Positions 1-8,700 of a DNA stretch of 34,413 nt are shown piece after piece (position 1 is the stretch's first letter; every line of letters starts with the position of its first letter). The notes beneath the pieces were generated by a model. That model had not been told where the DNA came from. It did not search any database and was given only the letters and a program-made list of their open reading frames with translations. The position numbers and the translations under genes were made by a program. This DNA is from a virus (taxonomy: Duplodnaviria > Caudoviricetes): IMG/VR virus record IMGVR_UViG_3300025503_000164, positions 1 to 34,413 of that record. One strand, written 5' to 3'.

Positions 1-441
1 TCACGGGCTCGTTGCCGTGCCCGGCAGGAGCGTGGACGTGAGCTGGTCGGAGATCGTCACCGCCGGGCCCGTGCCCGGAAGCGGGAACGGCAGCGAGAGC
101 GACGCGGTCGCGGCGACCGTCACCGTGGCATCCGCCGGCTGGCCGACCTGGCTCGAAACGAGGCGCATCGCGGGTGGCAGGTCCGGGCCGAGGAGGCGGC
201 CGACCACCGACGCCTCGCAGCCCTGGACGGTCGCGACCGTGGACCCGGGCGCCGGCGCGAGGCAGCGCGCCGCCGCGCGGCCCGCGGTGGCGAGGGCGGA
301 CCACAGCCGGGCACGGCCGAAGGCAATCGCCTGCGCGTCGGCGGCGAAGGCAACGCCGGCGAGCATAACGAGGGCCAGGCTGAAGCTCAGCAGGTATGAC
401 CAGTCGCCGTTGTCGGCGCGAAGCACGCGCTGCCACCTCAC
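1..441 (-). CDS. TadE/TadG-like pseudopilin (host Tad/Flp pilus locus)
   Basis: GTG start overlaps the upstream TGA (GTGA). Short basic leader 'RWQRVLRADNG' ending in Gly, then a hydrophobic helix and a beta-rich C-terminus ('VTVAATASLSLPFPLPG'). This is typical prepilin-like Tad architecture. Confidence 0.6.
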   Translation of the reverse strand: MRWQRVLRADNGDWSYLLSFSLALVMLAGVAFAADAQAIAFGRARLWSALATAGRAAARCLAPAPGSTVATVQGCEASVVGRLLGPDLPPAMRLVSSQVGQPADATVTVAATASLSLPFPLPGTGPAVTISDQLTSTLLPGTATSP

Positions 442-890
442 GGAGCGACGTTGCTGGTCGCGTAGGTCGTGCCGCCGAGCGTGACGGTCTGGCCGGCGAG
501 GCCGAGGAGCGTCCAGGGGAAGCCCGTGAGCGTGACGGGCTCGGTCACCGTCACGGCGACCTCGCCGCCCCAGGCAACCGGTGCGGGCGTGCCGGTCACC
601 GTGGCCGCCGACACGCTCAGGCCAAGGCCGGCGAGGGCGTTGTCCGCAGCCGCCACGACCTGGCTCGTCACGCCGCCCTGGACCTCCGCCGCGAGCGAGG
701 CCACGTCGCGGGCATCCGAGACGTTGGCGGCGGTCGCGGCGAGCCCTGACAGGGCGATCCCGGCGCCGGCCAGCATGGCGAGGAGGGGCAGCACGACCGC
801 GACGGCGATGTACGTCGACAGCGAACCGTCGTCCGCGCGCGCGGCCGCGGTCAGCCACCGGTGCCGGTTGTGATGGGCACGCTGATCCAC
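438..890 (-). CDS. TadE-like minor pilin (start uncertain)
   Basis: 'ARADDG|SLSTYIAVAVVLPLLAML' is a prepilin-like cleavage site plus TM helix. Also 'AAEVQGG' and 'PVAWGGEVAVTVT' motifs. Only the 3' part of track ORF 438..1604 looks real; GTG at 890 chosen as start. Confidence 0.62.
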   Translation of the reverse strand: MDQRAHHNRHRWLTAAARADDGSLSTYIAVAVVLPLLAMLAGAGIALSGLAATAANVSDARDVASLAAEVQGGVTSQVVAAADNALAGLGLSVSAATVTGTPAPVAWGGEVAVTVTEPVTLTGFPWTLLGLAGQTVTLGGTTYATSNVAP

Positions 891-937
891 TGGTTGACGA
901 TGTCCGACAGATGCGTCCCCACGCTCGTGAACACCAT
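851..937 (-). pseudogene. 3' remnant of a Flp-like major pilin, 5' part displaced by the prophage
   Basis: Frame reads MVFTSVGTHLSDIVNQWISVPITTGTGG* with strongly GC3-biased codons. It resembles the amphipathic C-terminal half of Flp pilins and lies directly upstream of the tadE-like genes. No leader or TM helix upstream; in-frame TAA at 962-964. Confidence 0.45.
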
Positions 938-966
938 CGTCGTGAAGGTACACACCTTGCATTAGG
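925..966. other. candidate left attachment junction (attL)
   Basis: Boundary between the pilin-like frame and the last phage early gene. Contains inverted repeat AAGGT-acac-ACCTT (945-958) and direct repeat TCGTGAA (925, 940). The exact crossover cannot be determined without attR. Confidence 0.3.
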
Positions 967-1165
967 CTTCGATCAATTCGAGGGCGCCGATGTCGACGGG
1001 GCAGGTTGCCGCGATCAAGACGGTGCCCGACTCGAACTCCATGCCGAGGGCCGCGTCGCCGGTCGTGCCGCCCCAGGTGCATGTGGTGCATCGGACGGTG
1101 TTGGCGATGATCTTCTTCAGGTCGTCTTTGGACATCGGCTCGACCTTGCGTGCCAGTTTGCTCAC
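962..1165 (-). CDS. hypothetical protein with CxxC motif
   Basis: 67 aa, GAGGGG SD, GC3-biased codons, last gene of the early operon. Confidence 0.65.
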   Translation of the reverse strand: MSKLARKVEPMSKDDLKKIIANTVRCTTCTWGGTTGDAALGMEFESGTVLIAATCPVDIGALELIEA

Positions 1166-1171
1166 CCCCTC

Positions 1172-1537
1172 TCAGAAGATCGTGGTCGGCTTGATCGGCG
1201 CCTTGGGCGGCTTCTTGCGCTTCCGACCGGACGAGCGGCTGCCGCCGCCGGGTGGCGAGAGTGCCTTCTTGGTGCGGAGCTCGTCGCGCAGCATCGCCGC
1301 CCCGAGAACCCCCGGCGGGCCGGTGGGGTAGTCGGCGTCGATCATCGCCACGACGGCCGCCGTCCGGGCGCGGAAGGGCTGCCAGAACATCTCGTCGACC
1401 TCGGCCTTGAACAGGTCGACCCAGCGGTACACCGTGGAGAGGCTGACGCCGACCTCGGACGCCGCCTCGTAGACGGACCGGCCCTCGGCGACCATGCGGA
1501 GCGCCCGCACGACCTGCTCCTTGGAGTGCCGCTTCAT
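1172..1537 (-). CDS. helix-turn-helix DNA-binding protein
   Basis: ATG overlaps the rusA stop. HTH 'GRSVYEAASEVGVSLSTVYRW' and a basic C-terminal tail. Confidence 0.75.
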   Translation of the reverse strand: MKRHSKEQVVRALRMVAEGRSVYEAASEVGVSLSTVYRWVDLFKAEVDEMFWQPFRARTAAVVAMIDADYPTGPPGVLGAAMLRDELRTKKALSPPGGGSRSSGRKRKKPPKAPIKPTTIF

Positions 1538-1947
1538 GCTGGCACCTGCTCGACGATGTACTTGAGCCACAGCCCCGCCTCGGACAGGGGGCAGAACCGC
1601 ACATGGACGACCTGCGTCTTGGCGGGCTCGAACCACTTGAACAGACCGCGAACGCGCACGTCGTTCGGGTAGACGACGCCCTCGCAGGCGTCCAGGATGG
1701 CCTTCACCACGTTGTCCAGGTCGGTGCGGCCCTGCTTGCCGTGCCAAACGACGGCCGCCAGAACGGGGCCGTCGATCTGCTTCGGGCCGTGGGCCTGGCG
1801 GGCGAGGCCGCGGACCAGCGCCTCATAGGACCGGGTCGTGGGTGGCGTGTAGACCTGCGCGAACGCCTTGCCGAAGGTCGGCTGGACGACGCGGGTGCGG
1901 GGACGGCCTTTGGGCACCGGGCGGCCCGGGACGCTGAACGCCGTCAC
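1534..1947 (-). CDS. rusA: RusA-family Holliday junction resolvase
   Basis: 'PVPKGRPR' and 'DLDNVVKAILDACEGVVYPND' RusA motifs; GTGA coupling with the upstream gene. Confidence 0.9.
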   Translation of the reverse strand: MTAFSVPGRPVPKGRPRTRVVQPTFGKAFAQVYTPPTTRSYEALVRGLARQAHGPKQIDGPVLAAVVWHGKQGRTDLDNVVKAILDACEGVVYPNDVRVRGLFKWFEPAKTQVVHVRFCPLSEAGLWLKYIVEQVPA

Positions 1948-2657
1948 GCGCTCGCCCCCCGAAGGTCGGGACCCACGAACGTGACAACGTCGCAGGTCGC
2001 GGCCAAACGCGACAGGATGCGTTCGCCGTATCTCTGCGCGATGTTCTTCGGGGTCAGGTTCGTGGTCACGATTAGGCTGCGTTGCTCGTTGTAGCGGTCG
2101 GTCACGAGCGCGTCCCACCGGGCCTGCACGGCGGCCGTCAGGTTCTCCGCGCCGAGATCGTCCAGCACCAGCAGGCGTCCCTTCACAAGCCGGGACTCGA
2201 GCCGTGCCCACTCCTCGCGGTTGGTGTCCCGAAGGACGTTCAGCCGCTCATGCAGCCCGGGCGCGGTGGCGAATTGGCCCTGGCCGACGTGCAGCTCGAT
2301 GAGCGCACGCAGCACGCAGACGCTCAGAGAGGTCTTGCCCCGTCCGGTCTGACCGGCGAGGACGAGGCCGCGGCCTTCGCGCACCATGACCTCCAGGTTG
2401 GCGATGTAGAACGCGACTCGTTCCACCGTGGCCAGCGTCTTGGCGTCGGGCGATTTGGCCCTGAGGTCGTGCAGCCGAACGTCCAGGTATCGCTTGGGCA
2501 CCCCGACCCGTTCCAGCGCCTCTCGGACGTCAGGGGGCGCGTCGACGGTCGTCCTGGGACGCGTGACGGCCGCCAGTCGGCTCACAATGGCCTGCACGTC
2601 GCCGCCTAGCGTCGCACCAAGGTGCGCAGGTCCCCCGTCTCGTCGTCCTCCCGCCAT
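1944..2657 (-). CDS. DnaC/IstB-like AAA+ helicase loader (alternative start 2597)
   Basis: Walker A GQTGRGKT, Walker B LLVLDDLG, 'IVTTNL', 'RILSRL'; follows the initiator gene. Confidence 0.9.
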   Translation of the reverse strand: MAGGRRDGGPAHLGATLGGDVQAIVSRLAAVTRPRTTVDAPPDVREALERVGVPKRYLDVRLHDLRAKSPDAKTLATVERVAFYIANLEVMVREGRGLVLAGQTGRGKTSLSVCVLRALIELHVGQGQFATAPGLHERLNVLRDTNREEWARLESRLVKGRLLVLDDLGAENLTAAVQARWDALVTDRYNEQRSLIVTTNLTPKNIAQRYGERILSRLAATCDVVTFVGPDLRGASA

Positions 2658-3334
2658 GTGCTGTTCGCAACCCCCTTCCGTTGGAGCCTCTGGGTGTTCA
2701 GCCGGTCGAAGTTCTTCCGCAGGTTGTCGCCCGACAGGATGACGGTCTGCCAGAACGAGCTTCGGTAGGCCCACTCGATGCAGGCCCGGATGTCGTCCCA
2801 ACTCGCGCCGTCGATCCGATGCAGGAGGTCGATGGCGCGTGCCCAGCGGATGATTTGCTGGGCACGCGGGTTGATGGTGGTGTTTACCTGCCGCATCCGG
2901 TCGGACATGAAGGCGGCCATCGACATCGCTTCCTCGCCCGGCTGTGGTCGCTCTCGCCTGGGCTTCTTGATCTCGGCGCGTTCCTCGCGGCGTTCTCGCT
3001 GGGCCTGGGGCCGGTCGGAGGGGTGGTCGTATTGCAGGTCGTCCCAGTTGACGATCATCACCACGCCCGCCGAGTCCCGTTCGATGAGTTTCAGCGACTC
3101 GATGTGCGCGAGGGCGAGGTCTGGGTCCTCAATGCCCGCGCCGGAGCCTTTCACCAGCGCATCCGGAGGGTATCCAACCCCGTCTGCCATCTGAATGACA
3201 CCGCGCACCTTCGATTCCGACGCCCGACACCACAGATGGACCAGCAGTCGAAACTCCGCGTCGGTCAGACTCAGGATCTTCTCGTCCCGAGTCATGCGGT
3301 TGTAGAAGCGAAACCATGGCATCGTGCGCGGCAT
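2606..3334 (-). CDS. phage replisome organiser / replication initiator
   Basis: N-terminal 'PWFRFY...LTDAEFRLLVHLW' winged-helix-type domain. C-terminal 'FWQTVILSGDNLRKNFDRL' resembles the lambda O C-terminus. Upstream of the DnaC-like gene. Confidence 0.85.
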   Translation of the reverse strand: MPRTMPWFRFYNRMTRDEKILSLTDAEFRLLVHLWCRASESKVRGVIQMADGVGYPPDALVKGSGAGIEDPDLALAHIESLKLIERDSAGVVMIVNWDDLQYDHPSDRPQAQRERREERAEIKKPRRERPQPGEEAMSMAAFMSDRMRQVNTTINPRAQQIIRWARAIDLLHRIDGASWDDIRACIEWAYRSSFWQTVILSGDNLRKNFDRLNTQRLQRKGVANSTWREDDETGDLRTLVRR

Positions 3335-3406
3335 CGGCCGTCAGCCTCCCGTGTTGGATGTCGCGCGGCGGTCATGGTGGTGCCCTAGCCACGGAATCGT
3401 GCCTCC

Positions 3407-3550
3407 TCATGCGGCGAGCAGGTACAGAATCCCGAACACGGTGGCGATGGTCAGGGTCGTTGCCGTGAGCGTCAAGGCCATCTCGCCGCGAAGCGTGACA
3501 CGGTAGCGGCGCCCGAACAGCCACAGCGTCGGGTTAGAACGGCGGCTCAT
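3407..3550 (-). CDS. small membrane protein
   Basis: 47 aa with one C-terminal TM segment; overlaps the end of ssb. Confidence 0.5.
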   Translation of the reverse strand: MSRRSNPTLWLFGRRYRVTLRGEMALTLTATTLTIATVFGILYLLAA

Positions 3551-3884
3551 CGTCGTCGCTGGTGGGGGTGGCCTGGTCGTCGCGCTTGGGCGCGAAGAAG
3601 TCGACGCGCACGGCATGGAGCTCCCAGACGACGCGCTTGTCGCCGCTCTGGGCCTCGTACGACCGTTGGTGCATCGCGCCCGAGAAGCCGGCCTTGTCGC
3701 CCCTGTGCAGGTAGCCGGCGATCGCCTCGGCCGTCTTGTCCCAGGCGACGACGGTGAACCAGTCGGGCTCCTTGCCCCGGCCCTTGTCGACGGCGACGGA
3801 CACCGTGCAGATGGGCTTGCCCTCGCTCGTGTAGCGCAGCTCGGGCTCCTTCCCCAAGCGCCCGATGATGGCGGCGACGTTCAC
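3534..3884 (-). CDS. ssb: single-stranded DNA-binding protein
   Basis: 'IIGRLGKEPELRYT' and 'WFTVVAW' motifs; acidic C-terminal tail DDDEPPF. Confidence 0.95.
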   Translation of the reverse strand: MNVAAIIGRLGKEPELRYTSEGKPICTVSVAVDKGRGKEPDWFTVVAWDKTAEAIAGYLHRGDKAGFSGAMHQRSYEAQSGDKRVVWELHAVRVDFFAPKRDDQATPTSDDDEPPF

Positions 3885-5041
3885 GCGGCATCCCCCTTCG
3901 CCTTTCGGCCCAGGGCGTCCACGATGGCGCCCGTCTTGATCTCGCCGCCCTGGTCGAGAACGAACACCTGGGCCTCCTTGGCGAGCGCGATCACGTCCTT
4001 GGTGTCGAGACCGCCAACCTTCGTCACGCCAGCGCCCCGGGCCATGAGCACGACTTCCCAGTCGATCTCGGCCAGCGGAAGCGCGTCGAGGAAGGCGAGG
4101 GCCTGGCTGCGGCCGGTGATCTTGGTCGGAGGAACGATGGTCGCGGGCGGGAACGACGCCTCGGTGCCCTCGGGGGGCACCTGGGGCGCGTTGGAGGGCA
4201 GGGCCTGCTGGCCGAGCAGCACCTTGAGGGCAAGCTCCTTGGGCTTGCCCACGACGGTCTTGACCAGCTCGGCGAACGTCGCCACCTGGGTGTCGGACAG
4301 GTCGCCCGACTTGCGGACGTTGAAGCGGGCCAGGAGGATGTCCGTTGCCTTGTCGAGCAGGCCCAACTCGCCCAGGCCGTGGGCCGCCTGCTGGACGAGC
4401 GCGTTGCGGTCGACGGACGGACGCGGCGCGCGCGGCTCCTCGGCCTGGCCGCCCTCGGGCGTCTCGTCCTTGGCGTCGTACGGCGTGGCCTGCGCCATTT
4501 CGTCGGCGGTGTAGAGGCCGGACAGGTCCTGGGGGAACGCCTTGCGCAGCGCCAGGGCCTCCGCGCACTTGGCGATCATGTGGCTGCCGAGCTTCTTCCA
4601 CATGGGGTTGAGCCCTTGCTGACCGTACTGGGCGTACGCCTCGAACTCGGCGACCGCGTAGATGGGGGCCTGGAATCCTGAGCGCAGCACCCCGACCCGG
4701 GCGGCGTAGGGCATCGCGTTCTTGTTGGTCCAGATGTCCTTCCAAGCGCCATCCTCGCCGCACCACTCGGGCCCGACCTGTCCGGCGTACTGGCCGCTGC
4801 GTTCGGCGACCACGCGGAAGCCGTCGATGGTCGCCTGGGGCTTGGGCGGTACGCGCTTGCCGTGGGACAGGCGGGCCTGCGGCAGGTAGATCTGACGGGT
4901 GATGGGATCAAGACCGGTGCGTTCCGCGTAGGCGATGAGCAGGTTGAACTCGTCGTCGGTCGTGTCCGAGGGCACGCAGCTACGGCGGATCGTCGCCTTC
5001 TCGGTGTCGGTGAACTGTCGCCGCGGCTCCGGGGTGCTCAA
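3881..5041 (-). CDS. bet: Bet/RecT-family single-strand annealing protein
   Basis: 'TGLDPITRQIY', 'IDGFRVVAERSGQYAG' and 'MIAKCAEALALRKAFPQDLSGLYTADEM' motifs; TTG start coupled to the upstream stop. Confidence 0.93.
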   Translation of the reverse strand: MSTPEPRRQFTDTEKATIRRSCVPSDTTDDEFNLLIAYAERTGLDPITRQIYLPQARLSHGKRVPPKPQATIDGFRVVAERSGQYAGQVGPEWCGEDGAWKDIWTNKNAMPYAARVGVLRSGFQAPIYAVAEFEAYAQYGQQGLNPMWKKLGSHMIAKCAEALALRKAFPQDLSGLYTADEMAQATPYDAKDETPEGGQAEEPRAPRPSVDRNALVQQAAHGLGELGLLDKATDILLARFNVRKSGDLSDTQVATFAELVKTVVGKPKELALKVLLGQQALPSNAPQVPPEGTEASFPPATIVPPTKITGRSQALAFLDALPLAEIDWEVVLMARGAGVTKVGGLDTKDVIALAKEAQVFVLDQGGEIKTGAIVDALGRKAKGDAA

Positions 5042-6087
5042 GACGCTGCCTCCCTTCCAGCGATGGGCTTGACCGTCCAGCGCCAGTAGCCGCCCGCCTC
5101 GGGCGTGTACTTGGCGACCTGCTCGTTCGTGAGGATTCCGGCTGCCACCATGGCGTCCACGTCCGGGTCGCCCTTGGTCGGCACCCAGGTACGCCACGCC
5201 CGATGGGTCTCGGTGCGGATCGTGTTGGTGCCGTGGGTCTGCATGATGGCGGCGACCACCTTGCGACGGTCGTTGCGCTCCTGCTCGGCCGCCTTCTTGT
5301 GACGGCCGGCCACGCTCGCCTCACTCTCGACCTCGAATAGCGACGCGACGGCGGCGCCCATCGACGGGATGAACACCGCGTCGCGCTCCGCCGTGCCCTC
5401 CCAGCAGTGGCGGAAGAAGGGGCAGGTCTTGACCTCCCCCTCCGAGCGCCAACTGCACGGGAACGCCTGTGGGGCGTAGCCCTCCGGGATGGGCATGGGC
5501 TCGCCCAGGGACACCGAGTGCAGGAGCCCCTGGCCGTAGCCCAGCAGCTCCTTCACGCGGGCCTCGTCGTACACGACCGGGATGGACTTGACCTCGCCGG
5601 TCTCCTTGATCCGGTAGGCGATCTCAGCCGTGGCGCCCCTCGCGTTGCCCCAGAAGTGCAGGTACAGGAGCACCTGGTCGCGGTGGCTGTCGAACGGCAG
5701 ACGGTGTAGGTTCTTCTTGGTCGTCGACTTGGACTCGACGATGTGCTTGAGCGGCGCCACCCAGATGTCGATGTGGCCCGGTGAGCGCCCGAACGGGTGG
5801 GGTACCTTCACCTGCCGCATCACCTGCCGCGGGTAGAGGTCCTGCCAAATGCGGGCGATGTGGTCCTCGTGCTCGTCGCCAGACAGGAAGATCGACTCCT
5901 GCTCGAGCGTGGTCTGCTCGGAGTCGAAGTCGAGGATCCGAAGGCTGGCCTTCCGCAGGCACGAACCCAGCTCGCTCAGGCGGATGTCGTGCGGATCGAA
6001 GTCGGCCTGGTCGCGGCGCTCAATGAGCCGCTGCGCGTACAGGGCCTCCGTGGTCGGTGCGAGTGTCGTCGGTGCGGGTGTGCTCAC
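5038..6087 (-). CDS. PD-(D/E)xK exonuclease, Cas4/AddB-like with Fe-S cysteines, partner of Bet
   Basis: 'SELGSCLR', 'GHID...IVESKS', 'QVLLY', and a C-terminal 'C-x10-CPFFRHC'. Confidence 0.85.
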   Translation of the reverse strand: MSTPAPTTLAPTTEALYAQRLIERRDQADFDPHDIRLSELGSCLRKASLRILDFDSEQTTLEQESIFLSGDEHEDHIARIWQDLYPRQVMRQVKVPHPFGRSPGHIDIWVAPLKHIVESKSTTKKNLHRLPFDSHRDQVLLYLHFWGNARGATAEIAYRIKETGEVKSIPVVYDEARVKELLGYGQGLLHSVSLGEPMPIPEGYAPQAFPCSWRSEGEVKTCPFFRHCWEGTAERDAVFIPSMGAAVASLFEVESEASVAGRHKKAAEQERNDRRKVVAAIMQTHGTNTIRTETHRAWRTWVPTKGDPDVDAMVAAGILTNEQVAKYTPEAGGYWRWTVKPIAGREAAS

Positions 6088-6154
6088 TACGGTCCCTCCC
6101 TGCGAGTTCCATCAGGTAGCTCCAAGCCGCATCGACGGCGTGCTGGCTTGGCAT
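6020..6154 (-). CDS. small first gene of the early operon, possible recombination directionality factor
   Basis: 44 aa MPSQHAVDAAWSYLMELAGRD..., preceded by GGAAGGG, divergent from the repressor. Function is inferred from position only. Confidence 0.3.
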   Translation of the reverse strand: MPSQHAVDAAWSYLMELAGRDRSEHTRTDDTRTDHGGPVRAAAH

Positions 6155-6212
6155 AGCCTCGATCCCTTCCACCCCCCCTGCGGTTCTGGTACATCGTCAT
6201 AATGCGGGCGTA

Positions 6213-6339
6213 CCTAATTTGGATGAAGTACGATGCGCTCCTGCCTAATCACAGGGCAGGGGGTATGCTCGTTCGGGCGACGCCGCACGCGAAGGCTTGA
6301 ACAATTAGGGGAAACTTGGTATCGTCGCCCTGACCTAAT
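6213..6339. promoter_or_regulatory. immunity region with four CCTAAT half-sites (putative operators)
   Basis: CCTAAT at 6213, 6244 and 6334, and inverted ATTAGG at 6304, inside the repressor promoter spacer. This motif is rare in such GC-rich DNA. Confidence 0.55.
6297..6325 (+). promoter_or_regulatory. sigma-A-type promoter of the repressor operon
   Basis: TTGAAC-17 nt-TATCGT with an extended -10 TG. Confidence 0.6.
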
Positions 6340-6340
6340 C

Positions 6341-6841
6341 ATGGAGGTGATGGCTTTTCCGGAGGATAGGGAGTCCGAGCGCCGGAAGCAGGTCGGCCGA
6401 CGAATCCGGTACTACCGCGAGGCGAGAGGCATCCAGCAGAAGGACCTAGCTGAGAGGCTAGGTGTGGCTGGGGGCACCCTTTCGGGAATCGAGAGCGGCA
6501 AGAACTATCCCGGCCTCGGGCTCCTGCTCGACATAGCGAAACACCTCGGCGTGGACGCCGGGTGGCTGTGTACCGAGGAGCACGACGCCGTGGATCTTTG
6601 GCTGCTGTTGAACGAGCCCAAGATCGCCGTCCGCTTCAAGGAGACCGAGTTGTCCACCGCCGACAGGCGCCGTGTCGAGACGATGATCGAGCAACTGGTC
6701 AGCGCCAAGCAGGAGGCGCGAATGCAGCTCGCCGCGTTCGCCAAGGGCGGCGTGGTTGACCTGACCGCGCTACGCAGGGAGATTCAGTCGCTACTGGATG
6801 CGACCGGAGCGACAGAACAATCGCAGGAGGGCGAGGCTTGA
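6341..6841 (+). CDS. XRE-family (cI-like) repressor
   Basis: HTH_3 'RIRYYREARGIQQKDLAERLGVAGGTLSGIESG'; no S24 peptidase domain; followed by an ImmA-like gene. Confidence 0.9.
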   Translation: MEVMAFPEDRESERRKQVGRRIRYYREARGIQQKDLAERLGVAGGTLSGIESGKNYPGLGLLLDIAKHLGVDAGWLCTEEHDAVDLWLLLNEPKIAVRFKETELSTADRRRVETMIEQLVSAKQEARMQLAAFAKGGVVDLTALRREIQSLLDATGATEQSQEGEA

Positions 6842-7281
6842 GGCCAGAGTTGGCGGATGCGCTAGACCGCGAGAACATCCAACTGCGTTACCACACCTTC
6901 ACCGACCCCAACGTGTACGCGGTCGCCGCCATCATGCCAGCATCCCGCCACATCATCCTCCGACCAGGCATGGACAAGCCCCTGTCTGACGCGATGGTGG
7001 CCCATCAGATCGGCCACTTCGTGGACGGGTCGGTGGGCGACGGCATCTGCACGCCCCCTGACCAGCCCGTCAGCACGACCGAACTGGTGGCATGGTCCTA
7101 CGCCGCCCGCCTGCTCATTCCGTGCGTGCGCTGGAATGATCCCGCCAAGATCGACAAGTCCGTGCCCGAGCTCGCACGGGTGTTCGAGGTGCCGCCGTGG
7201 CTCGTGGTTCTCGGCCTCCGGTCGATGCTCTTGACACCGCCCCACGCAGGGCCGGTGCTAGTGACATCCCGCCCGGCGTGA
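6838..7281 (+). CDS. ImmA/IrrE-family metallopeptidase homologue with HQxxH in place of HExxH
   Basis: 'VAHQIGH' and 'ELVAWSYAARLLIP' match the family pattern except the catalytic Glu. Confidence 0.8.
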   Translation: MRPELADALDRENIQLRYHTFTDPNVYAVAAIMPASRHIILRPGMDKPLSDAMVAHQIGHFVDGSVGDGICTPPDQPVSTTELVAWSYAARLLIPCVRWNDPAKIDKSVPELARVFEVPPWLVVLGLRSMLLTPPHAGPVLVTSRPA

Positions 7282-8687
7282 CTCGTCGGGCCGCCCTGTA
7301 CGCTCGGGTCAGCACCGAGGATCAGGCGGATCGGGGAACGATCGCCACCCAGCTCGACTTCGCACAGAAGTACGCGGACCTGCACGGCTACGAGCTGGTC
7401 GACCGCTATTGCGACGACGGCATTTCGGGCACGGTAGCGTTCTCCAGGCGCCCCGAGGGTCAAAGACTCCTCGATGACGCGCGTGGACGGCGGTTCGACG
7501 TCGTGCTTGTGTACAAGCTCGATCGGGTAGGTCGACGGCTCAAGGTCATCCTCGACGCCGTAGACGCGTTGCAGCAGCTCAACGTCGGCATCGCCAGCAT
7601 GACCGAGAGTTGGGAGACTGCAACGCCAACCGGCGTGTTCTTGATGCAAATTCTCTCCAGCGTGGCGGAACTCGACCGAACAACGCTCATCTCGCGGATG
7701 ACGGCTGGCAAGCGACGGGTCGCCGCGAACAACAAGTGGCTCGGTGGCGCCATCCCGTTCGGCTACGAGCTGGGGGCCGACTCCCGCCTGGTGCCGAGTG
7801 ACGCCATCGTGCCCGACGGTCGCACGGAGGCCGAGGTCGTGCGATGGATCTTCGAGCAGGTGGCGGCCGGAGCCTCGGCGCATCAGGTAGCTCCGGCGCT
7901 CACCCAGGCGAGGGTTCCGACCGGCCAGGTGACGATGAAGCCTGGAGGGCCCCGGGTACGGCGCAACGACTCCGGGCTTTGGTGGCCCGAGCGGGTCGCC
8001 CGGACTGTGCGGAACACCATCTACATCGGCTCGAAGCCGTGGGGACGGACCGACCCCATCGAACGGTCCTACCCCGCGCTGGTGAGCGCGGAGGTGTGGC
8101 ACGCGGCCAACGCGCGCCTCGACGCCGCTCGCAGACCCAGGGGCGAGCGGTTCTACCTGCTGCGTGGGCTGCTCAAGTGCGGGGGCTGCGGACGGTCCTA
8201 CGTCGGCACCTACTCGCACAACGGCCACGGCCAGACGGTGACGAGGTACCGCTGCACCGGGAACAAGCCCCCGTACCGCTCATGCCGCTACCCGCTGGTG
8301 AACGCACGGAAGATCGAGGCGGCGGTGTGGGACGACGCCCGCCGCCATCTGCTTGAGAATCACCCCAAGCCCAAACCGGATGACACGGCCCGCCAGCTCA
8401 TGCGCGTGGAGAACGACCGCGCCCGCCTCCTCGAGCGCGAGGCGGCGGGGCTCATTCCGCCGTCCGAGGTGGATCGACGGCTGCGAATCCTGGCGCGGCG
8501 CGAGCAAGCCTTGAAGGCCGCGGTGCCCAAGGTGTCCGCGACCCCGGCAGAGGCAAGGGCGCTGCTCCTGGCAGGCGACCTCACGCAAGAGCAGATGCGC
8601 GACGTGCTGGTGCTGCTTTGTCGACGGGTGCTCGTCACCGTCGACCCCGAGACCCGGAAGTGGGCCTACGTCATCGAGTGGCGCTAG
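7278..8687 (+). CDS. large serine recombinase (integrase)
   Basis: Catalytic 'YARVST', 'DDGISG', 'KLDRVGR', recombinase domain 'PFGY', and zinc ribbon 'LLRGLLKCGGCG...YRC'. Confidence 0.96.
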   Translation: MTRRAALYARVSTEDQADRGTIATQLDFAQKYADLHGYELVDRYCDDGISGTVAFSRRPEGQRLLDDARGRRFDVVLVYKLDRVGRRLKVILDAVDALQQLNVGIASMTESWETATPTGVFLMQILSSVAELDRTTLISRMTAGKRRVAANNKWLGGAIPFGYELGADSRLVPSDAIVPDGRTEAEVVRWIFEQVAAGASAHQVAPALTQARVPTGQVTMKPGGPRVRRNDSGLWWPERVARTVRNTIYIGSKPWGRTDPIERSYPALVSAEVWHAANARLDAARRPRGERFYLLRGLLKCGGCGRSYVGTYSHNGHGQTVTRYRCTGNKPPYRSCRYPLVNARKIEAAVWDDARRHLLENHPKPKPDDTARQLMRVENDRARLLEREAAGLIPPSEVDRRLRILARREQALKAAVPKVSATPAEARALLLAGDLTQEQMRDVLVLLCRRVLVTVDPETRKWAYVIEWR

Positions 8688-8700
8688 CCGCGTGTATTAC

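Noticed and set aside
1172-1537. IS3-type transposase OrfA
   Set aside because: No DDE OrfB or terminal repeats; translationally coupled within the phage operon.
5038-6087. Cas4-like protein as a CRISPR adaptation gene linked to the 28/33/28 unit
   Set aside because: It is coupled to bet and ssb as a standard Exo-Bet pair, and type I-E adaptation does not use Cas4.
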